A stretch of 64,000 bases of DNA from NCBI GenBank assembly GCA_020632265.1, contig JACKFW010000001.1, positions 218,981 through 282,980 on the forward strand, written 5' to 3'. How positions within the stretch are numbered: the stretch's first letter is position 1; each line of letters starts with the position of its first letter. The notes beneath the pieces were generated by a model. The model saw only the letters and a program-made list of their open reading frames with translations, was not told the origin of the DNA and searched no databases. Made by a program: the position numbers and the translations under genes. Positions 9,680 through 18,214 of the stretch are shown here, one piece after another. The stretch is from Pseudomonadales bacterium (GTDB lineage Bacteria > Patescibacteriota > Microgenomatia > UBA1400 > PJMF01).

Positions 9680-9828
9680 ATTATTTTCTCCTCAAGTATA
9701 GTTGTCACTATTATGTTATTAAAATGCCTAAGCATCAACTTAATAATACAATAGTTATAAAATAAATCAAAATGAAAATAAATAAATTAGTTCTTTATAC
9801 TTGCGCGTTTATTGTTTATGATTAATAC

Positions 9829-11520
9829 ATGTCTCTGCCTGACGAAAAATTAAAAAAACTCATCTTAAAAGCTGGAATCATTTCTAAAATTGATTTGCCT
9901 AAAATATCTCGATATGCAAAACGAGAAAACCTTACTTTAGAAGAAGCAATTATCAAAAAAGAGTTAATTACAGATTCTGATCTTGGCGTACTGATTGCTA
10001 GTAATTTAAAAATTCCTTTTGTTGATTTGTCTAAAATTGAACTAAATAATGAACTTTTATCAATAATTCCCGAAAGAATTGCCCATACCAGAAAAATAAT
10101 TGTTTTTGGAAGAGATGATAAAACTGTTAAAGTTGCCCTTTCTGATCCAGAAAATATTGAGTTATTAAAGATGATTGCTCATAAAACTGGTTTAGAGGTC
10201 TCGGTATATTATGCAACCAATAAAGATCTTGAAAAATCATTTATCCACTATAAAACTGATTATCAACAACTTTTTGAAAAACTTTTAAAAGAAGATAGAG
10301 CTCAAATAATTACAACAGTTGCGTATGATCCTCCAGTTAGAAAAATGGTTGATCTTTTGGTGGCCACTGCTTATCGAGAGAATGCCTCCGATATTCATAT
10401 AGAACCTAAAAAAAATAATTTTTTAATTAGATTTAGAATTGATGGAATTTTGCGTGACATGGCAACATTGCCCAAAGAAATTCATGAACGTGTTGTGACA
10501 AGAATAAAGGTCATGTCTAGATTAAGAATTGATGAACATTTTTCTTCTCAAGATGGAAAAATTTCAACTCAGGTGGATAATGAAAATTTGGATTTACGTA
10601 TCTCAATTCTTCCAATTGCAGATGGTGAAAAGATAGTCATACGTTTATTAGCTTCAAAATCCAATTTTTTCTCATTATCGGAACTTGGCATGAATGAGTC
10701 GGATCTAATGAAAGTTACTAAGGCATTCCAAAGTTCTTTTGGAATGATTATTTGCACGGGACCAACGGGATCTGGAAAAACAACAACAATTTATACGGTA
10801 ATCAAAAACATTAACACTAGAGACGTCAACATTACATCAATCGAAGACCCAATTGAATATAGAATTCAGGGTGCAAATCAAGTTCAAGTCAATGAAAAAA
10901 CAAACCTAACATTTGCAAATGGACTAAGATCTATCTTAAGACAAGATCCAGACAAAATTTTCGTCGGAGAAATACGAGATTCAGAAACTGCTAATATTGC
11001 TGTCAATGCTGCCCTAACAGGTCATTTAGTTCTTTCAACACTTCACACTAACAACGCAGCAACAGCCCTACCACGTCTTTTTGACATGGATGTTGAACCA
11101 TTTTTAGTTGTCTCCACAGTCAATTTAATTATCGCCCAGCGTCTAGTAAGAAAGATTTGTCAACACTGTAAAATTAGTAAAAAAACTCCAATGGCTGAGT
11201 TCTCAAAATTTTTCTCAAAAGAAATAATTAATAAATATTTTAAGTCAAATGGAAAAACTAATGAAATTGAAACATTCATGGGTAAAGGTTGCAGATTTTG
11301 TCATGACAGTGGATATTCTGGTCGAATTGGAATATACGAAATATTAGAAGTTAATGACAAAAATAAAGACTTAATTGCCTCAAAAGCTAGTGCTGAAGAC
11401 ATTGAGAATCAAGCAATAAAAGATGGTATGACGACAATGATTGACGACGGTGTTCAAAAAATTAAAGACGGTATGACGACAATGGAAGAAGTATTTAGAG
11501 TTACATCTGTTGCCAAATAA
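9829..11520 (+). CDS. pilB: Type IV pilus assembly ATPase PilB (GspE family).
   Basis: Walker A GPTGSGKTT, Asp box, His box LSTLHTNNAA. The N-terminal GSPII_E N-domain is about 150 aa. Length 563 aa. Confidence 0.9.
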   Translation: MSLPDEKLKKLILKAGIISKIDLPKISRYAKRENLTLEEAIIKKELITDSDLGVLIASNLKIPFVDLSKIELNNELLSIIPERIAHTRKIIVFGRDDKTVKVALSDPENIELLKMIAHKTGLEVSVYYATNKDLEKSFIHYKTDYQQLFEKLLKEDRAQIITTVAYDPPVRKMVDLLVATAYRENASDIHIEPKKNNFLIRFRIDGILRDMATLPKEIHERVVTRIKVMSRLRIDEHFSSQDGKISTQVDNENLDLRISILPIADGEKIVIRLLASKSNFFSLSELGMNESDLMKVTKAFQSSFGMIICTGPTGSGKTTTIYTVIKNINTRDVNITSIEDPIEYRIQGANQVQVNEKTNLTFANGLRSILRQDPDKIFVGEIRDSETANIAVNAALTGHLVLSTLHTNNAATALPRLFDMDVEPFLVVSTVNLIIAQRLVRKICQHCKISKKTPMAEFSKFFSKEIINKYFKSNGKTNEIETFMGKGCRFCHDSGYSGRIGIYEILEVNDKNKDLIASKASAEDIENQAIKDGMTTMIDDGVQKIKDGMTTMEEVFRVTSVAK

Positions 11521-11535
11521 CAAAGAAATTAAAAA

Positions 11536-12582
11536 ATGAAAAATCTAAGAATTTCTGGAAATGAGAAAATAAGTTTAATAGGTAATATGGCTACTATGCT
11601 TGGGGCTGGTATTCCCATGTTTGAAGCAGTTGAGGCATTGTTAGTTGATTCAAAAGGAGGGACAAAAAAAATTCTTGAGCAATTACAAGAGGATTTAACC
11701 GCCGGCCATCACATACATACAAATTTTGCTCGATTTCCGCGAGTTTTTGATAAGATCTCTGTAAATTTAATCAAAGCAGCTGAGGAGGCTGGAAAATTAG
11801 AGGTAATTCTCTTGGACCTTAGAAATAATCTCCAGAAAGAAATGGAATTTACCGATAGAATTAGGTCTGCTCTAACCTATCCAATACTAGTCTTAATTGT
11901 CTTTATTTTAGTAATATTCACTATGTTGATTGTGGTTATACCTAAGATTTCAACAGTATTTTCCCGTTTAAAGATGGATCTGCCTTTGCCTACGAAAATC
12001 TTAATTTTTGTATCTAATGCATTGCTAACATATTGGCCATTGATTTTAACTTTCTCAATAATCTCATTAGTGACAGTGTATTTTTTATACAGACAAAAAA
12101 AAGAGGTATTTTTATCTATGGTATTTTCTTTACCACTTGTTTCCAGACTTATGCAAGAAATCGATGTTACTCGCTTTACCAGAAGCATGCATCTTTTATT
12201 ATCATCTGGAATTCCATTCGTCTATGCTCTTGAACTTGCTCAAGAAGTGGTCTTAAAAAAGGAAGTATCTCAAATTATTAGAAGTGCCCGTGAACTTGCG
12301 CAGGAAGGAAAACAATTTTCTCAAGCTCTGAGAACTAAGGTAGGAGTCTTCCCAAGTGTTGCCGTAAAATTAATCGAAGTTGGTGAAAAAACTGGTCAAC
12401 TTGATAAATCTATGGGTGATATTTCAGAACAAATGGACTACACCGTCAGCAGAACTTTAGCATCTGTGACATCTTTGCTCGAACCACTCATGTTGGTTTT
12501 CGTAGGAATTTCTGTTGGGGCAATGATGATGGCTATTATCGCACCAATTTATGGATTAATCGGTCAAGTTGGTCAAAGATAA
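11536..12582 (+). CDS. pilC: Type IV pilus inner-membrane platform protein PilC (GspF family).
   Basis: Two GspF-type repeats with 3-4 TM segments. Immediately follows pilB. Confidence 0.8.
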   Translation: MKNLRISGNEKISLIGNMATMLGAGIPMFEAVEALLVDSKGGTKKILEQLQEDLTAGHHIHTNFARFPRVFDKISVNLIKAAEEAGKLEVILLDLRNNLQKEMEFTDRIRSALTYPILVLIVFILVIFTMLIVVIPKISTVFSRLKMDLPLPTKILIFVSNALLTYWPLILTFSIISLVTVYFLYRQKKEVFLSMVFSLPLVSRLMQEIDVTRFTRSMHLLLSSGIPFVYALELAQEVVLKKEVSQIIRSARELAQEGKQFSQALRTKVGVFPSVAVKLIEVGEKTGQLDKSMGDISEQMDYTVSRTLASVTSLLEPLMLVFVGISVGAMMMAIIAPIYGLIGQVGQR

Positions 12583-13108
12583 ATATTTATCATTACTAAG
12601 AAAAAGTATTATGGATAAAACCCAATTTTTAAAAAAATATAATGCTGGTTTTACCTTAATCGAATTAATTGTGGTAATTGCAGTTTTTTCAATTTTATTT
12701 TCAATTTCTTCAATTAGTTTGAGTGGATTAATTCCTAAAGCAAATTTTGTGACTCATTATGAATCCCTACTGTCAGATATAAAAGGACAACAACTTCGAT
12801 CAATGATAGGTGATACAAATGGCTCGGGTGATGGAAGTGCATATGGAATATATTTTGAAAGTAATCAATATACACTTTTCACTGGTCCTGCTTACAATCC
12901 AGTAGCAACTGATAATTATGTCATCGAACTTAGTCCTGGAATAAATATCACTGAAAATGTCCTTCCCTCTAGTAGTGTTGTTTTCTTACAAAATAGTGGT
13001 GAAATATCTGGATTTAATATTTTAACTTCTTCATTTAAATTAACTTCAGATTCGGGAGATGAAAAGCTAATCAATTTTAATGCGCTAGGGGTAGTGGTAT
13101 CAAATTAA
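12569..13108 (+). CDS. Minor pilin or pseudopilin (prepilin-type N-terminal cleavage/methylation domain).
   Basis: AGFTLIELIVVIAVFSILF has the G/FTLIE class III signal. The probable start is an internal Met that gives a shorter leader. Confidence 0.6.
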   Translation: MVKDKYLSLLRKSIMDKTQFLKKYNAGFTLIELIVVIAVFSILFSISSISLSGLIPKANFVTHYESLLSDIKGQQLRSMIGDTNGSGDGSAYGIYFESNQYTLFTGPAYNPVATDNYVIELSPGINITENVLPSSSVVFLQNSGEISGFNILTSSFKLTSDSGDEKLINFNALGVVVSN

Positions 13109-13109
13109 T

Positions 13110-15014
13110 ATGCAAAACCAAAAAGGACAATCAATTATTGAAGTATTACTAGCTTCAGCATTACTAATAATATTAATGCCAGCAATTTTTGCTGGATTAT
13201 TATCAACTCGCGAGGGTCGTGCACAACAACAAAAAAGAATTGATGCTTCATATTTTTTAAAAGAAACCCAAGAGGAAGTTAGAATTATTAGAGAGCGAGG
13301 TTGGTCACTTTTTGCCAACAATGGTGTATATCACCCAGAAAAGTCAGCTAATACGTGGATTTTATCTTCAGGTCCTGAAAGTGCTAATGGACTGATAAGA
13401 AGAGTTACAATTTCTGACGTATATCGTGATGAAACAGGAAAAATTAATGATGTGGGCGAAGTCGACAGCTCAACCAAATTAATCAATATTCTAGTAACCT
13501 GGACTGACCCATTTTATTCTAGCGTTGAAACATCATTTTATTTAACTAGGTATTTAGAAAATATTGCCTACATCGAAACATTAGAAAATGATTTTCTTCT
13601 TGGTGAAACTAACGGCACGACTGTTATTAATGAATCTGGAGGAGAAATTGTTCTAGGTGCGGGAGGAGAAGGCAACTGGTGCAATCCAAATGAATCAATA
13701 GTAGCTGAGCTAGATTTACCCAAAAATGGAGAAGCACTAGCTATTTCAGCAGTTGAAGGCCAAATCACAGCTGGCACCGGCGCAAATTCTTCTGGAGTTT
13801 CATTGGCAAATGTATCAATAAGTAATAGTAATCCTCCAATCGCCACGCTCGTTGGAACCTTTGATGGCTATAAAACTAACGATATTTTTTCAGAATTAGA
13901 TTATGCATATATTAGTACGGATACAAACAGCAAAGAAGTATCGATTATTAATATTAATAGCACTCCATATTCAGAGATAGGTTATGTTGATTTACCGGGA
14001 AATACAAATGCTGATGCTATTACAGTATCTGGACAAATTGGATATGTAGTTCAAGGAAGCATACTTTGGAACTTTGATTTAAGTAGTAAATCTGGATCAA
14101 GACCACTTTTAGATAATAATGGAGTCACGCTTGCTGGCAATGGAACCGAGGTTATTGTTGTCGGAAACTATGCTTATATTTCACTCATTGGAAATGTGGA
14201 AATGCAAATAGTTGATATTAGCAACTCTTCTAATCTAACCATCGTCGGTCAAGCCAACCTAAATGGAAATAATGGCCAGGACATTGCTGTCAATAGTACG
14301 GGTACCAGAGCTTATTTAATTACCAGTAAGTATGCTGGAAAATCAGAATTTTTTGTAATCGATACCACATCAAAAAATGGTGAACAACCGGTTTTAGGTT
14401 CATTAGATACGGGTGATATGAATCCAAAAGCAGTCATCATTGTTCCAGGTAATATTGCAATTGCAGCTGGACACGGCGGAGAACAATACCAAATTATTAA
14501 TATTTCACAGGATAATAATCCAAATTTGTGTGGAAGCTTAAACATTGGTAGTGATATTAATGATCTTGAAGCCATACTAGAAGCAGATGGCAATGCGTTT
14601 TCATATGTGTTAACAACAGATAGCTCTAGTGAACTTAAAATTATTGAGGGAGGCCCGGGAGGTCAATTTTCAACTGAAGGAACATTTGAATCTAATATAT
14701 TTGATGCAAACTACGATACAGTTTTCAATCGATTCGAAGCAAACACATATGAGCCTAGCTTAACAGCAATCAATTATCAATTTGCTGTTGCAGATGACAT
14801 CTCAGGCAGTTGTATTGGAGCCAATTATGTTTATGTCGGACCTGATGGTACTAATAGTACCTTTTTTTCTGGAACTGGCGCCATTCCTCTAGATAATGAT
14901 GGAATAGGATATGAAAATCCTGCTCAGTGTTTTCGCTATAAAGTATTTTTTACGTCTGAAAATAGCTTTACTTCGCCAATATTTGAAGATATAAGCATAA
15001 ATTATTCACCATGA
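13110..15014 (+). CDS. Large minor pilin (634 aa) with a prepilin N-terminus and an extended beta-propeller-like repeat domain (LVIVD-repeat-like).
   Basis: N-terminus KGQSIIEVLLASALLIIL has G at -1 and E at +5. Internal repeats include YAYISLIGNVEMQIVDISNSSNLTIVGQANL, AYLITSKYAGKSEFFVIDTTS and AVIIVPGNIAIAAGHGGEQYQIINIS. Two Cys near the C-terminus. Ends with TGA, which overlaps the next ATG. Confidence 0.5.
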   Translation: MQNQKGQSIIEVLLASALLIILMPAIFAGLLSTREGRAQQQKRIDASYFLKETQEEVRIIRERGWSLFANNGVYHPEKSANTWILSSGPESANGLIRRVTISDVYRDETGKINDVGEVDSSTKLINILVTWTDPFYSSVETSFYLTRYLENIAYIETLENDFLLGETNGTTVINESGGEIVLGAGGEGNWCNPNESIVAELDLPKNGEALAISAVEGQITAGTGANSSGVSLANVSISNSNPPIATLVGTFDGYKTNDIFSELDYAYISTDTNSKEVSIININSTPYSEIGYVDLPGNTNADAITVSGQIGYVVQGSILWNFDLSSKSGSRPLLDNNGVTLAGNGTEVIVVGNYAYISLIGNVEMQIVDISNSSNLTIVGQANLNGNNGQDIAVNSTGTRAYLITSKYAGKSEFFVIDTTSKNGEQPVLGSLDTGDMNPKAVIIVPGNIAIAAGHGGEQYQIINISQDNNPNLCGSLNIGSDINDLEAILEADGNAFSYVLTTDSSSELKIIEGGPGGQFSTEGTFESNIFDANYDTVFNRFEANTYEPSLTAINYQFAVADDISGSCIGANYVYVGPDGTNSTFFSGTGAIPLDNDGIGYENPAQCFRYKVFFTSENSFTSPIFEDISINYSP

Positions 15015-15559
15015 TGCATAACAAAAATCTAACTAAAAATATTTTTCAAAAAGGCTTTAACATTCGCAAAAGTTTTTCCCTTCAAAAAGGCTTCACTCTC
15101 GTGGAATTATTAATTTACATGGGTCTTTCAATGATTTTGCTGGCAATTATTTCCGGAATATTTATATCAGTACTAAGTGTTAGAAACGAATCAATCAAAT
15201 CTTCAAGTTTGGAAAGGGAAGGAAGATATATTTTAGCCCGCCTTTCCCACGATGTTTACTCTGCTCAAGATATTATTGAGCCAGCTACGTTGGGCGAAAG
15301 CTCAACAACACTTCAATTATTAGTTAATTCTGACCTTTTTACCTACTCAATAAATGATGATAAACTATATTTAACAAATACATCTGGAACTCATTTACTC
15401 AGTGGTGAATCTGTGAATGTAATGAGTTTTAATGTTACTAGATTAGGTAACGAAGGTGGTAAAAATGCTGTTGAAATTGAACTCACTACTCAAAGTCAAA
15501 ATGTTTCAGAGGGTAAAATAGAAAATCGTAATTACCAATTTATTTTAGCGTTAAGATGA
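15011..15559 (+). CDS. Minor pilin or pseudopilin.
   Basis: KGFTLVELLIYMGLSMILLAI prepilin signal. Overlaps its neighbours by 4 nt. Confidence 0.6.
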   Translation: MMHNKNLTKNIFQKGFNIRKSFSLQKGFTLVELLIYMGLSMILLAIISGIFISVLSVRNESIKSSSLEREGRYILARLSHDVYSAQDIIEPATLGESSTTLQLLVNSDLFTYSINDDKLYLTNTSGTHLLSGESVNVMSFNVTRLGNEGGKNAVEIELTTQSQNVSEGKIENRNYQFILALR

Positions 15560-15945
15560 AAAATAACCATACTAAATCATCATCTGGACATATTTTAATT
15601 ACTTTGTTAATTGTAATGGTGGTGGGAATGATAATTAGTACTGCAGCAATTTCTTGGGTAATTGACAATACAATTGGCAACTCACAAACTCACCAAGGAC
15701 TTACTGCTCTAACTGCTGCCGAAAGTGGTATTGAAAATGCTATGCTATTACTACTAAGAAATCCTGATTATTCTGGAGAGGTATTGGAAATTGCAGACGC
15801 AACAGTTACCGTTACTGTTTCTGGATCAGATGAGAAGACTATTATTTCTCAATCAATCGAAAACAATTACTCAAGAAAAATTGAAGTAACTGCGACATAT
15901 ATCAATAATATTTTAACTATCACTTCTTGGAAAGAATCGATTTAA
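15556..15945 (+). CDS. Minor pilin-like protein (PilX-like, atypical signal).
   Basis: SSGHILITLLIVMVVGMIISTAAI has G followed by a hydrophobic helix but no Glu at +5. Operon position is between the pilins. Confidence 0.4.
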   Translation: MKNNHTKSSSGHILITLLIVMVVGMIISTAAISWVIDNTIGNSQTHQGLTALTAAESGIENAMLLLLRNPDYSGEVLEIADATVTVTVSGSDEKTIISQSIENNYSRKIEVTATYINNILTITSWKESI

Positions 15946-15949
15946 AAAC

Positions 15950-17065
15950 ATGAATAAAAGCAGCCACCAAATTATCTTCATTTATAAAAATAAATTGTTT
16001 TTTTGTCATCCTGAAAAAAAAGAGAGCTTAGAATTTCCCTTAAGTAGCGATATTATTAAAGATCTGACTATTATTGATGAAGCAAAGCTAAAAAAATCCC
16101 TAGAATCGTTTTTAAGCAAAACTCAAATAACTGATAATGAAACATTGATTATCTTAAATAAGAATACTTATTTTAGAACTACAATTGAAAGTCCTGAGCT
16201 AAACCCGGAAAACAATAAAGTTATAATTGATCAATTTTCTGATTTAGTACCTTTTGATGATATCTTTGTCAAACAATTTAACCTGCATAAAAAGTTAGAA
16301 GTTGTCGCTATTAATAGAGAATTTTACGAACCAATTTTAAGTGTTTTGCAAAAATTAAAATTTAATATAACTATGATTCTTCCAGATCTAGTAGTAAAAG
16401 ACTATATCGGCGAAGCTAGTTGCACACCAGAAGAAAACAGTGCGTTATTAAAAGTTTTAAATAAGCTTGGTCAATATGATCTCCTTGGATCGGGTCACAT
16501 ATTATTAAGTAAAACTAAAATTGATCTTGCTCCAATCAAAGCAGAAAACAAACGTCTATATATTTTGGTTGGTCTTTTTGCAATTTTAATTATAATGTTA
16601 GTTGGAGTAATTATTTTTAACTCTAATAGAACCTATGGTCCTCCAATCATAGATAAAATTCCACCGGAATTAGAGACAATAATTGAAACGAAAAAACCTA
16701 GTATTGCATCTGACTCATCTCAAGCTTCCAATTCAGGTGAGTTAAGTGAAGGAATTTCCAGTAGCTCATCTGCTCTTTTAGATTTAGATCAATACACATT
16801 GAGAGTCTTAAATGGTTCGGGAATAAGCGGACAAGCAAACGTTGTCAAAAGTGATTTGCAAAAAGCTGGTTTTAAAAATATTGATATTGGAAATGCGCAA
16901 AAAATTTCCTCTAATAAAACTCAAATACTACTAAATCCTAAATTACCTAGCGAAGTCAGAGCGCTACTTTTAAATGTTTTAGAAAATTTTGGACAAGAAT
17001 ACACTATCCAAGAAAATAGTGAATTAAACTATGACGTAGTGATAACAACTACCTCAGCCAATTAA
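15950..17065 (+). CDS. Pilus-operon protein of three parts: an approximately 190-aa cytoplasmic domain (possibly PilM N-terminal-like), a single TM, and a C-terminal extracytoplasmic LytR_C-like domain.
   Basis: TM segment LYILVGLFAILIIMLVGVIIF. C-terminal YTLRVLNGSGISGQANVVKSDLQKAGFKNIDIGNAQK...TQILLNP...DVVITT matches the LytR_C consensus VxVLNGxGxxGlA...L...GF.v...gNA. Confidence 0.4.
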   Translation: MNKSSHQIIFIYKNKLFFCHPEKKESLEFPLSSDIIKDLTIIDEAKLKKSLESFLSKTQITDNETLIILNKNTYFRTTIESPELNPENNKVIIDQFSDLVPFDDIFVKQFNLHKKLEVVAINREFYEPILSVLQKLKFNITMILPDLVVKDYIGEASCTPEENSALLKVLNKLGQYDLLGSGHILLSKTKIDLAPIKAENKRLYILVGLFAILIIMLVGVIIFNSNRTYGPPIIDKIPPELETIIETKKPSIASDSSQASNSGELSEGISSSSSALLDLDQYTLRVLNGSGISGQANVVKSDLQKAGFKNIDIGNAQKISSNKTQILLNPKLPSEVRALLLNVLENFGQEYTIQENSELNYDVVITTTSAN

Positions 17066-17149
17066 CATATATCTACTTGACCTATAAACAAAAAATGATC
17101 TATTATTAATGTATATATAGTAAATTATTAATTATAAGAAGGTCAACTT

Positions 17150-17611
17150 ATGAAACTGCCATCATTAAAAAAACTAAATAAAGGTTTCACCCTTATTGAG
17201 CTATTAGTTGTTATAGGTATTCTAGCTATTTTATTAGCTATAGTTCTTATTGCTATTAATCCGGCTAGACAATTTGCTCAAGCAAATAATACTCAGCGTC
17301 GAAGTGATGTTAATGCTATCCTAAATGCAATACATCAATATGCAGCTGATAACTCGGGTGCACTTCCGGCAGGTATAACAACTACCGCTACAAATGTATC
17401 TGACACAGGTGCTGATATTTGTGCATTACTAGTTTCTGATTATTTAGCAGCATTGCCAGTTGATCCAACTGCCGGAGAACCCGTTGATGAGGCAGGATGT
17501 GCACTCGAATATGACACAGGATACACAGTCGTTACCAGTGCAACAAATAATAGAGTCACTGTAACTGCTCCATCAGCAGAGTTGGGTGATGTTATTTCTG
17601 CAACAAGATAA
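17150..17611 (+). CDS. pilA: Major type IV pilin (PilA-like).
   Basis: MKLPSLKKLNKGFTLIELLVVIGILAILLAIVLIAINP is a classic type IVa prepilin signal plus alpha1 helix. SD AAGAAGG lies upstream. Length 153 aa. Confidence 0.8.
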   Translation: MKLPSLKKLNKGFTLIELLVVIGILAILLAIVLIAINPARQFAQANNTQRRSDVNAILNAIHQYAADNSGALPAGITTTATNVSDTGADICALLVSDYLAALPVDPTAGEPVDEAGCALEYDTGYTVVTSATNNRVTVTAPSAELGDVISATR

Positions 17612-17640
17612 TATTATTAATTAATAAATTAATTAACATT

Positions 17641-17671
17641 AAAAAAGGACCAATTAAATTGGTCCTTTTTT
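17641..17671. terminator. Bidirectional rho-independent terminator between convergent pilA and the RRM-protein gene.
   Basis: aaaaaa GGACCAA ttaaa TTGGTCC tttttt. This is a 7-bp perfect stem and a 5-nt loop, flanked by an A-run and a T-run. Confidence 0.6.
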
Positions 17672-17715
17672 CTTAGATAACTTTAAATTTTATAATTTAA
17701 AGAGATTGCAGCTGA

Positions 17716-18066
17716 TTAATATCTACCGCCACCTCTATTGTTATTACCTTGGCTATCATTTCTTCTGTTGTTGTAACCACCAGAATTGTCTCTAGGAACT
17801 CTTGGTCTTGCAACGTTAACAACGATTTCTCTGCCTTCAAGTACGTAACCATTAAGTGCCTTTGTGGCAGCCTCTGCTTCTTCTACAGTATCGTAAGTAA
17901 TGAAAGCAATACCTTTTGATCGACCACTCATGCGGTCAACAATCAATACTCCATCAACAACTTTTCCATATTGAGAAAAGAGATTTACTATTGTTTCTTC
18001 CGTTGTACTAAACGGAATGCTCCCAACGAAAAGTTTCTTTGGGTTTTCTTGTGGTGCATCTTGCAT
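17716..18066 (-). CDS. RRM-domain RNA-binding protein with a Gly/Asn/Arg-rich C-terminal tail.
   Basis: RNP-1-like KGIAFITY and RNP-2-like KLFVGSIPF. The tail is ...GGYNNRRNDSQGNNNRGGGRY. SD AAAGGAGG lies upstream on the minus strand. Confidence 0.8.
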   Translation of the reverse strand: MQDAPQENPKKLFVGSIPFSTTEETIVNLFSQYGKVVDGVLIVDRMSGRSKGIAFITYDTVEEAEAATKALNGYVLEGREIVVNVARPRVPRDNSGGYNNRRNDSQGNNNRGGGRY

Positions 18067-18214
18067 GCGCCTCCTTTAATCATGCTCGATAAATCGAGCT
18101 TACTTAATGCTCAGAATAAACCGAGCTTATATACTCAGTCAAGAACAATGATAACTCAATAAGTGAAATACTGTTCAAAACTGTGTATAGTATAACATAG
18201 TTTGGAAAATAAGT

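Noticed and set aside
11395-11520. Considered whether the duplicated KDGMTTM segment in PilB indicates a frameshifted or chimeric gene end.
   Set aside because: The reading frame is continuous. The C-terminus ends with the canonical ...EEVFRVT tail. The feature is kept only as a low-interest internal-repeat note.
15012-15559. Possibility of an alternative genetic code (UGA read as Gly, as in Gracilibacteria or Absconditabacteria).
   Set aside because: TGA terminates the 634-aa and 182-aa pilin genes at 15012-15014 and 15557-15559, exactly at ATGA overlaps with the next start. All long ORFs are intact under the standard code. Code 11 applies.
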